Made by a program: the position numbers and the translations under genes. Under the pieces are notes generated by a model. It was not told the origin of the DNA. It did not search any database and was given only the letters and a program-made list of their open reading frames with translations. From Schmidtea nova (Eukaryota), in contig CM097883.1 of NCBI GenBank assembly GCA_044892505.1, forward strand, positions 334,614,001-334,678,000: a stretch of DNA of 64,000 nucleotides, written 5' to 3'. Below, piece after piece: positions 1-14,041 of this stretch. How positions within the stretch are numbered: position 1 is the first letter of the stretch; every line of letters begins with the position of its first letter.

Positions 1-742
1 CAAATCATAACACCCATACCATTCAATAACATCATTCATACTAATAACACAAGCAACATCTATTTAAATACAATACACACACCACACCGTATCACTCAAT
101 AACAGTCATTAGCAACATACACCCAAACAATTCATACAGAAAATCTACACAGTTATGTTAGTTAGCAACATACATCCAGGAAACTCCCCAAGCACTCAGT
201 ATATCCCTTTCATCAAACTACTTATTTAAGCTCAACAGTTCATCACAGGCAATCACACCAAACAGACATTCATAACAAATCGATAAGAGTATAGATACAT
301 ACAAACTTTCAATATTATACCTCATTCTTGCCCATTAACTCACCGGATCAAGGTAATCAACCACCCCTATCACTCATAGTAAATTTTACATCTATGTCAT
401 ATTTTGCATATCGTCTACTACATCCAAAAAATGAAGTTCCGAATATCGAAGTCAATTGGGAACAGTTACGACATCCAACGGCACACATGAATAGTAACTG
501 AAATTAGTAACCGAGACACCCATAACATGAAAGAGTATCTCGATCGCCTTCAATTAATAGTTGATGGGAGTACCTCGAGAACAATCAAATTTATCCTGAA
601 CAACGAATCTAGCCGTGAGTCGCTTACACAAAATAGATCGAAAAATTAGTAAAACAGCAGGTAGAAACGTAAACCGATCATTGACGTGCTCATAAGCTGG
701 CAGAACACATTTCAATCTTACGAGTCAACCAAATAAATTTTA

Positions 743-978
743 AAATAATGCATCGTCATCCACATTTAAAATTTATAATAATACATCGACATTAACATTT
801 AAAAATTTTTATTATTAAAATTTGAAAAATCGAAAAGAGCACTTTATAAAATCGTAATATAAATAATGCATCGTCATCCACATTTAAAATTTATAATAAT
901 ACATCGACATTAACATTTAAAAATTTTTATTATTAAAATTTGAAAAATCGAAAAGAGCACTATATAAAATCGTAATAT
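743..978. repeat. 118-bp tandem duplication
   Basis: aaataatgcatcgtcatccacattt...aaaatcgtaatat occurs at 743-860 and again at 861-978, nearly identical. Confidence 0.9.
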
Positions 979-2060
979 ACCAATAAAACACGCGTCATAA
1001 TAGTTCAACCGATCATGTAAAAATTCCAGACGTCGAGGGAGCCAGATGGCAAGTGGGCGAAAAATTCTAGACATTGGAGAAATTCCATTGAAATAGCAGA
1101 GTATCTCCACCTATTGGAATAATGAAGCATTGATTTGTGTTTCCATACGGCTAAATTGAATCGATCCAAATTTTGTGATGAAATTCGTTTGATGGGAATT
1201 TTGAATGAGTAAACGATGTATCACCTAGCGAAGCTAGTCACTGAGAGCCGTCTATATCCCAGAATATCGATCGAGGGAAGCAAGCTACAAATAAAAATCA
1301 AATCTTGAGATAAATTGTTAAAATAAAAGTTACCAATTCCAATGATAATTTCCAATGATTCCTAAGGGGATTCTCTTCTAAATATAAACAAGAAAAATCG
1401 ATAAATTTCTTAATATAAATAAAAGTTGTATAATATAAACCCACCAATTAAAACGCGTGAAATTTTGTTTCCCATTTATATAGTTTTCTTCTTTTACGGG
1501 GGAACAGCGTCGTTTTCAAGGGTGTCCTGATTCGATTTGAATTTCCTAAAATAAAATTAAATATAAAATTTGAAAATATAGGAAATATTTGGAATTAAGA
1601 GATATTAATAAAATCAAATTTACTTAATGTTTAGGCAGTTTATATTGATACCGTTGCCAATGTCTCGGTGAGAATTTATATGTAAATTTGTCAAAAAATT
1701 TAAAAAATAAAATTTATAAAAATTCCATAAGAATAGCAAGATAGACATTAGATATAGGGGATTAAAAAATTGTAAACTGAGTTTATAAAAGATAAAAATA
1801 CAGAAATTGAAATTTTGCAAACAATAATTATTTAGACAAAATTAATTACCATCAGGTACGTGTTGATAAAAGATTTTTCGATTCCCGAATTGAGATTTGA
1901 TAGACATATCCAGGGAAAACTCGCTATCAAATATGTGAGAACTCCTTAACTTATTGTAATAATAAATGAAATAATTGATTTTGTGTGTAATGATAATTTT
2001 TTTAATTGTTGTACATAAACCATTCTCGATATGTCTTAAAATGTTTGAACCCTTTTAGCA

Positions 2061-2585
2061 ATGAATCCAATGCAACAGTTAGAGGAAATGCACAAGCTAT
2101 TGCTCGAGAATGCAAAGCACAATAGGAAGGTCGGCGCACGTTTTGCCGATCTAGAAGCCAAAGGGTCGTCCAACACAGACGCGCTCCAGCTGATGACCAG
2201 CCGAATGGAGAAATTCCGGGCCCGCTGTCGAGAGATGGAAGCGACATGGTCCAACAAAGAAACAGTGGACCGGTTAAGAAAGCAAAATCAACTGCTCATC
2301 CAACAAGCCGCCCGAAACGCAATGAGATTGCGGGCGTGTCGAGTTTCAATGCGAGAGCAGGAGCTCTTGATTGAGAAATCGAGGGTAGACAGTGGCTTCA
2401 TTTCGGTCATACTACCGAAATCTCAGCATCCACCCCAGGAATTGTTCCCTGTGAGAGTGGAGGAAGAAATCGCATCCGTCGCAGCAGTTCCAACCAAGCC
2501 AAAACAATGGAGGCCCAGTAAAGGAGCCAGAGCTAGGAACAAGCGTCGCCAAGAAGCGCGATTGCTAGGCCAGTTAAGAGTGTAG
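2061..2585 (+). CDS. 174-aa coiled-coil protein with basic C-terminus; probable homologue of the LTR-encoded 199-aa ORF of the giant element
   Basis: ATG-to-stop ORF in a GC-richer island; shares TW-x-N-x-E-x-V (ATWSNKETVDRL vs TTWFNPERVKSI) and a basic GA-x-x-R-x-x-R...LG tail with ORF 29699-30298. Confidence 0.55.
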   Translation: MNPMQQLEEMHKLLLENAKHNRKVGARFADLEAKGSSNTDALQLMTSRMEKFRARCREMEATWSNKETVDRLRKQNQLLIQQAARNAMRLRACRVSMREQELLIEKSRVDSGFISVILPKSQHPPQELFPVRVEEEIASVAAVPTKPKQWRPSKGARARNKRRQEARLLGQLRV

Positions 2586-2845
2586 GCCTCGAAAATCATT
2601 AATTTTGACATTGATTTAACAAGTCCGCACATTTAATTTGATTCTGTATTGAATGTTGTTTTGAATTATGATTATAAGTTTTCTCTTATGTTGTTTTTAC
2701 TATTTGTTTTTTTGAATAAGGATACTGATAGAAATAAAAGAGATCAAATAAATTAAATAATTAATAAATGAATAACGGTTTAGCGAAAATATTCAAATGG
2801 AGATCTTGTATTGGAAATATACAGCGATAAAGCGTTTGATTTAGA

Positions 2846-3079
2846 GGGACAAAATGGGCATTAAACCTTCTATCGGTAGCCCTTGGACCCAGGAGATATT
2901 TGGTCAATCATAGTTTCGTATTGACGACGCTCATTGATTGCGAATACCCACCCATTTGTTGCATTACCAACGTTACTTAGTGACGGGCAACAAGATGGTT
3001 ATTTCAATGTTTTGTATGTTGAGTTGTTGATACGAGCCATAGTAACGTCAAGGTCATATTGACGATCGACAACCCACCA
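2846..3079. repeat. Dispersed repeat family A, copy 1
   Basis: Clearly alignable by eye to 19224-19456 (gggac..aatgggcattaaaccttctatcggtagcc ... gtcaaggtcatattgacgatc..caacccacca). Confidence 0.9.
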
Positions 3080-6000
3080 GAAATATGATACTCTCTTAAC
3101 ACATTTTCGCATTAACATTATATTCGTTTGGTTGATTTTTTTTATTGAAAAAATAGATTTTTAATTTAAATGGTTTCGTTTAACAGTGCGATCTAGCACA
3201 CACTCTCTTTCTCGGTAAGCGTTAGATCGGTGCATTTTTAAAATTTTAAACTATTTTTAGTTCTATAAATAATAATTATTTGTCATTTTAAAAGTATTTA
3301 AAAAACCAATTATTCTTACAATGTTGTAAGTAAATCAGCGAAATATTTCTTTAAAAAATAACGAATATTTTTAAAAGTTCAAAAATGAAATAATGTTTCA
3401 AAAACAAATTTAATTATTTTCTAATATACATTTACCTTTGTTTAAATAATCTATAACTTAATTGGCTATTTAAAAATGCAATATTTTTAATGACAATATT
3501 TGATTTTTTCCAAGATGTTCTCTAAGTGAATGTAATTATATAATTATATAATTGCAGTTTTTAACTAAATATCAAAACTTCAGCGAAATTCAGAAAGAAT
3601 TAGAAAATCATAAAAACAAACAGGTTTTATTTTCTAATTATAATTATAAATTTAAATTTTCTAATTTCTATGTAAAATAGTATTAATTAATTTTTCTAAT
3701 AAATATTTATATTTTGACAAATATAATAAATAAATGTATCAATGTAAAAAGGAAATTGGATGCATGATGATATCACTTGAATCACAATTTGGTGCGAGAT
3801 ATTTTATATAATTTAAAATGTGAATAAGATTACCATAAGAACCTTAAAAGTGGATAAATGTGTATATGAAAATTGTTATTTTTTTAGGTTAATTTCATAT
3901 TTTTCATTTGTACTTTAATTTTTTATAAATAAATAATAATATAAAATTTCATTATATATATTCATTTAATTTATCATGCATTATTAGAAATATACTAAAT
4001 GCAAATGTAATTAGTTAATAAAGCAATATACACCTATACAAAATTATAAAATATCAAGCAATTAAGTTCAGTTTATCTCACGCATTAAACATTTTCCTAT
4101 TTTACACCTGCTCAAAACATGAAGTCCAAATTAAAAATATATTCTTATCACAAAGGAAATACTTTTAATAAACTCAATAATTTTGTAATGATTTGAATTG
4201 TGTTCATATTTACAAATAAAATCGGAAATGTAAGAATCGAAAACGATATTTCGATAACACTGTCGATTATTGTTGCACAATTTTAATAGATTAAGTGTTT
4301 GCAAATGTTCAGTATTGTGAACTGTAGTTTACTACTTTAATTTATTTTTATTTTCACAACATTGCAGATCCTGAATATCCACATTTAAATTATTTAAACG
4401 ACTACCAAGAATTTATTAAAAATATAATTTATCTTACATCATATGAAAATTTTAATCGTGGAATCCGAATATTAGAACACCGCCAAATCATTGGTAGTTT
4501 GCGTTGAATTTGTCATCTCACTGTAGTCAGTTCTGTTAAAGCCTTTAAGAATAATTAATAAATAATCAAAACGGTTGAGAATATCTTCACCTTAACACAG
4601 GCCTGACTCCAAATTGTAATAATATAATTATAAATATAAGGAAGTGTTCGCTACAAAATATTTTATTTAAATTTAAATAAATATACAAGAGATTTAAAAA
4701 AATTTACAAAAAATGGTATTAAATACCACTAAAGATTGCCGTAAGATAGGACCGGTGGTGCTGATGCTCAAACCGTTTTTAACTATAAAGATGGGGAAGA
4801 TAGAGTCCTATTTTGGGGCTACCCTGGTGGATGCAACTAGTCAAATGGTTGACCCGCGTTGATTTTAAGATAAAGAATCAAAATTAATTACTTCATTCAT
4901 CTTAAGATAAAATAAACATGTAGTCTTCAAAAGGCTTGTAACAGCTTAACACTCCAAGAATTCTATAGTCTGGCAATTTATCGCGCTAACTTTCTTCTCT
5001 CGATTAGCTATGTTAAGTACTATTTATAATAGTTTCGATAGTCGTTGTTAAATCCTTTATTTATTAAGTTCAACACAAGTGATTACACTTGGTTATCAAA
5101 TTAAAATAAATATTTCTTGTTGAACTTATTTATATTAAAAATTTTACAGGCAATATTCAACTTAGTAATTTTAGATTACCATTTTTAATAATTAATATAA
5201 TATTTTCATTATTAGTATTTTTAAATTGTTTTAATATTTTTTTAGAGTAATTTTAAATTTCTATTTTTAGTATTATTTTACTATTTTAAAACTTTGTTAA
5301 GAATAACATAATTAAAACATAAGGTACATCCCTAACAGGACGTATAATTTTTTTCTGCGATATCCCACAGTTACTCATTATTCTAGCCAGGTCCAAAATT
5401 CTGTAGGCACACCACGGCCTATATTCTATAATTTTCTGGCTTAAGATTACTTTTTGTGACTTGGATGACCCAAATGACTTAATCCTGATGATAGTCTTTT
5501 TAGCTCGCCGCTGCGAGTCACATGGGCCATAATGAGGAAAACATACCATCAAAATTACTTATGACAGGAGTACTCTTGCAGGCTGCCTGTGACCTATGAA
5601 TTGGTTCTGCACTTCGTAGTCGAATTCTGTTTTATGAATTAAACTACCTTCGTCGAACTTTGCTCCCATAAACGGTTTGAGTGTATCTGCCATTGATAGA
5701 AGACTAGTATCCATTTCCTTCGTAAATAGCTTGGTTTTCTTGATTGGAAATATCCATTACCTTATCATTTTAATTAGAGTGAATTCAAATTACTAACTTG
5801 AAGACAATAAAAACGACTGCAATATTTTATTATACTATTTATTTGTGTATCTCCAATACAACACATTTAACTAGTTTCCTATGGATATCTCCATTCAGTA
5901 CACAGTTCGATGATATGTCTTGTATAACACGTATTCATCAATTTCAGTTGAGTTTCGAACTTGGACTGGCTTAGGCTTCCATTTGGTATCGCATTTCAAC

Positions 6001-7190
6001 GTCTGGAGATTTCAGTTGTGGTAAAGTGCATAATTGGTTTAATTCGCAAAGCTAGTTCTTTGTTTAAGTCATGTGTAAAGTTTCCTTGCAGTTTTGGAGT
6101 GCCAACTTTAGAGCATGCACTTCGTTCAGTGTCTCGGTTTTGGTGGGTTACATCACCCGTCGTTTTTCGTATAACATCTTGACATGATACAGTCGAAACC
6201 AGGTCGTTTCAAATTTATTCATATAGTATTTTAGTACGACCATCTCGTAACTGTCTTGCTCATCATTTAACATTGACACACTTACAAATAGAAATTCTTA
6301 CAAGGTGTCTGTTTTTTCCGAGATGGTTAGTGCTACTTTCATTGAGATTATTAGAAACTCCTAGAAAAATAATTTTAAAAGCTTCCAAATCAGCACAAAA
6401 ACAGGGATTTTGTTTGCTTATAATAATTTGAAAACTTAAAAAAATACTCTGTTCGTTATTTTATGTCATCTATACACATTACAATTGGAGAGCATAAATG
6501 AAAAAAATACATTCACTAATACACTCCACTGGTACAGCACTACTTTCAGGCATCCAAAGTCATGTCGAAATTAACTATTAAATAAAAGTATGTTTCCAAT
6601 GAAATTGGATACTGGAAGTTTCGCTTTTCGTAAAATAGTTGCACAATAGTAAGATGATATGTGGATGAACTGATAATCAATTAGATAATAAGAAATGTAT
6701 AAAACGATGATATAAATTAATATTAACTTTAAAGAATTGACTATATAAAATCAAAATATTGTGTTGGTGTATTGTACGTATTGGTGTATTGGTGTATTGG
6801 ATCTATTTACGTCCTTCCGATCTTCCCTTCCTCCCTGGGTTTAAAACAATCCGAACCTTTACTCGCTCGACTGCCTAGGGTTAAAATACACACATAAAAA
6901 CTCTTACTGCCTATGTATTCGTGAATTACCATAACGATTCACGTTGGAAATGTACATAGCAGCCGATCGCAAATCAGCAGATGAGCTCTTTTACAGAACT
7001 ACTCCTGATTTGTCGCATCGTTCGGGTTCTAACTGGCCTTATTACTCTACCTCCTCACCCAGTCGCAGATCTCTCCTTTAGGGTGATCCTATCCTTTCCA
7101 TAAGTTAATGACAACTCGTTAAATTTAAATTGTTAACACGAATACCAAGAAAATTATAATTGGGTAATATTGTTAAGATCAAAAAGATTG

Positions 7191-7631
7191 GGGTTGCTGA
7201 CCTTAACACAAATTGACTCCAATTAATAAAATAAGTAAATAAATAAATAAATGAATATATCTATATATATAAATATAAAGATATTAATGTGGTTGCGTGT
7301 ATTAGTTAATATAGATATAACCTGTAAAAGAAGAACCAACTTTGCTTTCAAATATTTTTATTTAAACAATTTACAAAAGATATTTTATCAATCAAATATT
7401 TATACAAAAGAACAATTAAGATTACGGATTGAATTAATCCTTGCTGTTTGTGGCAGTCTCCAAGAAATCGTTGGCTCCTATGTAGCAAAACGATCGCTAA
7501 GAGTTTTACCAAAAGATGGGCAAGCAAGAGGGTATGATTTTGGGGCACCCAGAGGATACTAAAGTAAGCTACGTTACTTTGTACCCGCTTGTTAATAAAA
7601 AAATATGTTAAAACTAAAAGGATAAATTTAT
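7191..7631. repeat. Dispersed repeat family B, copy 1
   Basis: Alignable to 58845-59286 (gggttgctgaccttaacacaaattgactcc ... gattttggggcacccagaggatactaaagtaagctacgttactttgta). Confidence 0.9.
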
Positions 7632-8457
7632 CCTTCACTAATTTCGAAACCTCAAAATTATTAATAACTTCACAATACAAATTTAGAATTTACCGTTTTC
7701 TTCTTTCAGCTGCAAAATTAATCTCCTTCTTGAAAATGCGATATGAGTATTTATATAAATCTCCCTGTCGCCAAACGCACTACAAAATTTCTTGCAATAA
7801 TTGAATTTTCTTCTAACTAAAAATTTCCAGCTTCAGTAATAATTTGCGATGGCGATCTATGCTTCGTTAATAATTAGATTTATTTAAATCAGATTTATTT
7901 ATCAATTCTGTCATGTTTATTATTTATTCTAGTATCAGATTTGTTTAATCAATTCTGCCAGTCGATTCCCCCGGTTGTTCAGGTAATTAATTTAGAAAAT
8001 TTTCGTTAAGTGGGTGAGGGCCACTTTAACACTAGAACGCCGGAAGTGGTCATTACCCCTTGAACGCCGAAAGGGGTCATCCATGACCACGTAATTAATT
8101 AAACTATAAATAGGAGCTTAAATAGTGCCTTAGAAGCAGTTTGTGCACTTTTTAATGAATTAAACGTCTAGGAAATACTTTGCGCATACAAAAATCATGT
8201 AGCTAAGCTCCCCTCCTCCACCCTCATACTAGAAAATATATGCAGGAATATCTCTGATTTTTTCCTTAACCCATTCAATGCCGGAAGGGGGTAGGGCCAG
8301 CTTTCACCTTTCAGGTGAAAGTCGATGAAAAGAAATCGAATGGCAGTGTCAGGTTTTGTCTAAAACGCTTCCTTAAATAGATATGGCAAAAGAGAAAATG
8401 TTTAACGACTCAAAACAGTTACTGGCAGAGAATATTCATGATAAACAACTATTTTTT

Positions 8458-9190
8458 TTACACTTGTGGGATACAATCGTTGCATTGAAATGTTTCTATT
8501 TGAGTGTGAAGTCCATGTTTGCCACAAAACGGTTTGTTGCAGTTGTCACACGCGTTGTACGTTTTGTTGTAACAGTTATTTTGGCAACATTTGAAACGCT
8601 TTTGCTTTGCCTTCACTTGTTGGATCATTCTCTCAGATCGTCGTTTCTGAGACTCATGAACGGGCTTACAAAGAGCTCTTGCTAGTTCCAACATAAATCG
8701 TTTTCTTGGGTATGTGAATAACTTCTTGGTATATAACATGTGCATTAATAAGAGCCTTTTCAAGTAAATCATAGAACACACAAACTGGCCATCGTCTTGA
8801 AGCAGCTTTCGTACTGTATACACGTAACATCTGGTCGAGGCAGCCTACTCCAGTCTTGGTTTTGTTGTAGGTTAAAACAATCTCTGGTTTCTTCTTGTTT
8901 GTATCTGGACAAATGCGTGGACTGCAGTGGAGCGTAGACATAAGGAACACATTATTTCTTGCTTTGCACTTGTAATTAACTAAGAGGATGTCGCCTGATT
9001 TGTGAAACATTGAATTATGTAGCTCTAAATTCATATTCTTAACCTCCGTGGGCAAGCTTTTCCCGTATCGCTTTTCCCCATTTGTTGAAACATACTCTAC
9101 CCCGACGATTTTCCGAAATTTTCCATGCCTCTCGCATGTCAAGTACACTCCTGTTCATAAATTTTTCAGCGCTGAGCGGTTTACTTGTCG
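8458..9190 (-). mobile_element. piggyBac-family transposase, 5'-truncated and frameshifted relic
   Basis: KPEIVLTYNKTKTGVGCLDQMLRVYS...RRWP..FYDLLEKALINA (piggyBac C-terminal catalytic region) followed in another frame by a Cys-rich tail CCQNNC..ACDNCNKPFCGKH; TTAA-led candidate ends at 8026 (ttaacactagaacgccggaag) and 8266 (ttaacccattcaatgccggaag). Confidence 0.85.
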
Positions 9191-10089
9191 TCACTACTAC
9201 TCGAAAAAATCTCTAGTGTGGTTTTTTTCACGCTGTGTTAATTAGGGTTTCGTGTTTCCCGGAATTCTCTTTCTCGTTCCGGTACGTGGTTGGATTTTAC
9301 TAAAACGAAACTAAGTACTTGAGACCACTTGGTGATTTAGTAAGGCCAAAATGGGTAAATTGGCGGGTAATCCTTTTGTTGTTGATTACAAAATTACTTA
9401 CGATTTTATTAGTGATACCGAGATTATTTGCTGGGAAAGTGGGTTAACGCTGAAATTGGATAGTTTTCTAGCGTTCCCTTACGCATTCGGGTTACGCATT
9501 TCCCTGATGTAGGGCATTAGATTTACCGAAAATTTCTATGAGTCTGCAACGCTTGGTTTCTATCTCATTATTCAATAAAAATTAAAATCGCCAGGACTCT
9601 GCGGCACTCATCTTCCTATTTCACTATACATTACAATTGTCGGGAATCTAATTGCTCAGTCTTCTGTATCTCAGTAGTATCGACTTCGTTGGAACTATAC
9701 AACTCTCGGCTTTTGTCATTCATCACTGTATGTTAAGTTTCACTATTTACAAAATAAATAAAAAGGTCTTCTACGGAGATATCTTTCTCCGCCCGTGCCG
9801 AAGCCCGAAACAGAGAGAGAAATCCCCGGAGAGCCGACAATCCCTCCATCGCCTGGACTCTCGCATTATATATATGTAAATAAACGAACAAAACTTGGAT
9901 ATTCATAATAAATTTTATTAAATAAAACAAACTACTTACAATCTTCTTCCCAGAAAAAGGCGATTAAAAAGTGTTCCTCCGTGTTGAAATGGATAATATT
10001 GAAAAATGATTTGTGGTTAATGCGAAAATTTGTAACTTGAGAGTATATAAATGGCATTGTGGGACTAACCTGAGCGCTTCCTTATATAC

Positions 10090-10427
10090 TAAATTCGGCG
10101 CTCAGGCAGCCAATCAGAATCAAGCTATCATTTTATTGGTCAAATGACCCGATCTCTATTATTTTATTTTATTATTTTGTTTTATTTGTTATTATTTTAT
10201 TAATTCCATTTTATTTCTTGTTTCTTTTTATTTTCCTAATTTCTGCTTAATTTCATACTTTTATCACTTTCCGATTTCCTTTTTGTTATAATGATATTCA
10301 TTTCTATACTGATTATTTCTTAAATTGTTTCTCACTTTAATTATTATTTTATTGTTTCTCGCTGACTCTGTCATTTTCTAATTAATTATCTAATTTGTAC
10401 CTTATTAATTTCTGTACTAACCCAACA
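10090..10427 (-). repeat. Candidate LTR 5' terminus of a related element (fragment)
   Basis: gcagccaatcagaatc..ttttattgg motif and terminus tgtactaacccaaca; same CCCAACA end and CCAATCAG motif as the giant-element LTR; alignable to 15995-16304. Confidence 0.45.
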
Positions 10428-11371
10428 ATTGTAAGTTAATCAAAATATCAAATAAATTTACGCAAATTTAAAGATTCCAAAAAAGAAATAATAAAGATTA
10501 ATATTGCTTATATATTGGAAATTATCAAACGAAATTATTGTCGCTAACCCTCTTCGCGTAATAAACCACTGACGACTAATAGTTACTATTGTAAAATAGT
10601 GGGTTGTGGATTATGTTGTGAATTAAAGTTGTCGATTTGTATTGTGTGGAGGACGTTTTTTGTGTGAGAGATTTGTAGAGGCCGAGAGAGTCTTCCAAAA
10701 ACTGTGTGGAGACACTCGGAGTGCTTGTTGTGTACGTGCTTGTGGATGTGAGTGCGAAATATTAAATACAACAATTAACAAAAAATAACTGTAAATTAAC
10801 ACAACTTTTATTAAAATTAAAAACTATAATAAGATTACTCATAGATTAGCCAATTCGTAGTGGGTTAACGGATAAATTGTCTTTTGGCGGTTTGTATAGC
10901 CTTTGGTGTGTTCGTAGAGGCTTTGATTTTGTTTAGTAATTATTTGTCAAGGTTTTCTATCGTAATTTGTCGTAGTTTGTCGTAATTTATCGTAATTTAT
11001 CGCAATTTATCGTAAAGGTAATTTATCGTAATTTATCGTAGGCCTTGGTGAATTTGTAGAGGCTTTAGTTTTCTTTAGTAATTATTTGCCAAGGTTTTCT
11101 GTCGTAATTTATTTTCCAAAGTTTTCTGTAGTATTTTAGTTTTCTTCTTGTATTAACGTTTATTTAATTTTTCTTCGGCATAAAATTTCATCTCTTATCA
11201 TTAAAAAATCAATTCTCTGTTTTTGTCTTAGCAATTTCTATAGTAAGCTCGTTTACTATAGAAATTGTTTAATCGATTTTTATTTAATTTTATTTGAATA
11301 TTTATTATTATCATTTTCATGTAATAATAAATATAATAAACAGGAGGGAAACCACACATAAGGGAACCAAA

Positions 11372-11548
11372 NNNNNNNNNNNNNNNNNNNNNNNNNNNNN
11401 NNNNNNNNNNNNNNNNNNNNNNNNNNNNNNNNNNNNNNNNNNNNNNNNNNNNNNNNNNNNNNNNNNNNNNNNNNNNNNNNNNNNNNNNNNNNNNNNNNNN
11501 NNNNNNNNNNNNNNNNNNNNNNNNNNNNNNNNNNNNNNNNNNNNNNNN
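11372..11548. other. Assembly gap (N run)
   Basis: Run of N. Confidence 1.
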
Positions 11549-12759
11549 AATAATTTCATTACCAACGTTGTTTATGACAGGTAAATAATAATTAAACAAT
11601 AGTTATATTGTTACCATAGCAATAGATCCTGTTATGGTACCAACATTATTTTGAATAAAAAAATTAAAAGTTTGGATCTCATGAATTTTGTTTTTATTGA
11701 AGGATTAACTTACTTTTATTTGAATGATAAAATCAATGATAATAAATCAATAATATTCTTTGATATTATTTGTATTCCCACCTCCCAAATTAACCAGACT
11801 TCCAAAATTCACTACAATACCAAAACTAATTGCGTAAAAATTATTTAATACTTTTCCAAATATATTATAAATCAATTAGGAATTTTTTAAAATATTAATT
11901 GAAACTACAAATAAAAAAACACAAAAATATATTAAATTATGATTTACTTCGACTTACATTTCTTTTGATTTGACAAAGTTGTCATAGGTGTCAGTTGTCA
12001 TTGTCACTTCAAAAACAATTGCTAAATGCTGAATTTCTGAATACGGAATTATTTCGTATGTCAAATTCGGATAATGTTGCCAGTTGTGTTAACATTTGCA
12101 ATAAAAAACGTACTAATTACAATTTACTATTGTACTTTATATGCACAAAATAATACTGACTTTTTGTAATAAAATTCTCGAGAATTTTTTTTTCCCGGGA
12201 AAAGAAAATTCTCGAAAGTTATTAAATCAAAATTCCCGAGAAACGAGTACATAGAAATTTATAAAATTCTCGAGAATTCTCGAGACGGGAATTGCAGGGA
12301 TAACTGTCCTTAATTTAGTGAGTACTTTTGTCACCGAATAACTACCCCGAATCGATTCGTAACGAAGTTGTTTAGGAGTGATTATTCATATAATTTAAGG
12401 TTGAAAATTGTTTAAATTAACATTATAACATTAAATAATATGGATCTCTTGTTATTTGCATAATATAGATGCTCTTGGTTAAATATTTTTAAAACTTTAA
12501 TGATTCACTGAATACTGTAGATGTAAATTGTCATATTTATTTTCTCTTATGAAGTAACATGATATGTTTATTTGCAAAAACTGAATTTTATTTCAAGAAA
12601 AACATTATCGCACATGGGTGTTTTTTATTAAACGTAAGATCAAAGAAAAATCAAAGTAAATAATTGGATAAGTTTAAAAAGCAAATCAACATTAAAAAAG
12701 CCTTAAAAAATTTATAAGCGAAAAACCTAAAATTTAAAATTAAAGAAAAAACAAAAAGC

Positions 12760-14041
12760 AATTGTCCACCGAAGATCTGATTTAGGTTGACATTATTCAA
12801 GCTCTGTTCACGTTTAAGAATCTGAAGGAATTTCCAGATATTTGGATGATGACAGGAAACTGTGGACTGCATCTTTCTATGCCAACCTTCCACAGCATTG
12901 TTTGTTCTGGGAAAACTGTTGGCAACACGTGAATGCACACTCCAAATGCTTGTTTCGAACACCGCTACTGCACCGCGATTACGACGGAGACGACCATTGT
13001 AGTTGTCCTCAAAATAATCCACGACAGTTGCAAAATCCTCTGACCAAGATTCCTTAAGTGTTTCGAACGATTCGATGACCTTTTCGATTGGAACGAATGC
13101 TAACACATCAATCATCCGAATTGACAATGCAAAATCTTCATCATGCTGGTATCGATCCTGTAGTCCAACAGATTGAACTTTTCTGAATATATTTTGTGCA
13201 AGATGGAAGAAGCAGCCATGTATTTCAACATTTGCAAAACATTCTGGCTGTATTAATTGCAGGCCTTTCGAAATCCGTAGTAATTATTGTCGGATGAACT
13301 TGAGGATGCAGCACTTTGATTTCTTCAAATAAACGACAATAAGTAATCTGTGTTTTGTTTGATAGGAGAACATACAAGCACGGAACAATTGATCCAGTTA
13401 CAAGAGCTTGTACTGTATATAATAGAAAAACAGTTCAGGTACCACCTTGAAAGTTCCATCCATGAACCAATGCTGTGAATCATTAATAAAATTTAGTGTG
13501 CTTTCTGTTCCAAAAATCAAGATTCTGTGGGGTCATCACATCCGCTGTCGTAAAGCAGAAACTTTTCTCCATCAAACAAACTTTTGTATTCTTCTGGAAT
13601 TTCAAATATGCGGTCGACTGGAAGGGGATGAACTGCATTCTTATTCTGTTTAACTCTTCTGATATTTCCCCGTATATGTCAAATTGGCAACATCTGAACA
13701 GCAGCTTGCTGGCTTGGTGGCTGTAGTTCTTGACCCAAAATTTGTTGCGGTGTTTCTTCAGTTTCCTCTGCTTTTCGTTTGATACTTGTCCGGACCTTCA
13801 AAACCTCGCAATGAAACGAATCAGCAGTATGAGTGTGCTCATACAGGTAACTAACTACTGGCAGATCTTCATTTAAGTTAACTTTTGCCCTACATTCACT
13901 TGTATTTTTCCCGGCACCTCGACGACGCTCACACTCATAACTTATAACATTGTTTGCTAAGCTTTTTTGTTTAACATAAACAAAACCATTTAACACAGCT
14001 TTATTTTTTCCTCGAATTCTCGCAACAGTTTCCAATTCCAT
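12760..14041 (-). mobile_element. Mutator-like (MULE) transposase pseudogene with N-terminal FLYWCH-type finger
   Basis: LNGFVYVK..YECERR..CRAK..HTH (FLYWCH-like); WFMDGTFKVVP; HGCFFHLAQNIFRKVQ; RTNNAVEGWH..HHPNIWKFL; split over frames; G-rich ggggaaa/gggagatgtcc repeats at about 14190-14275. Confidence 0.88.

Noticed and set aside
5330-5560. HLGHPS resembling an integrase zinc-binding motif
   Set aside because: Six residues in a stop-riddled frame, no CxxC or catalytic core nearby
11228-11599. ORFs spanning N runs (also 58548-58880 and 59490-59955)
   Set aside because: Artefacts of assembly gaps
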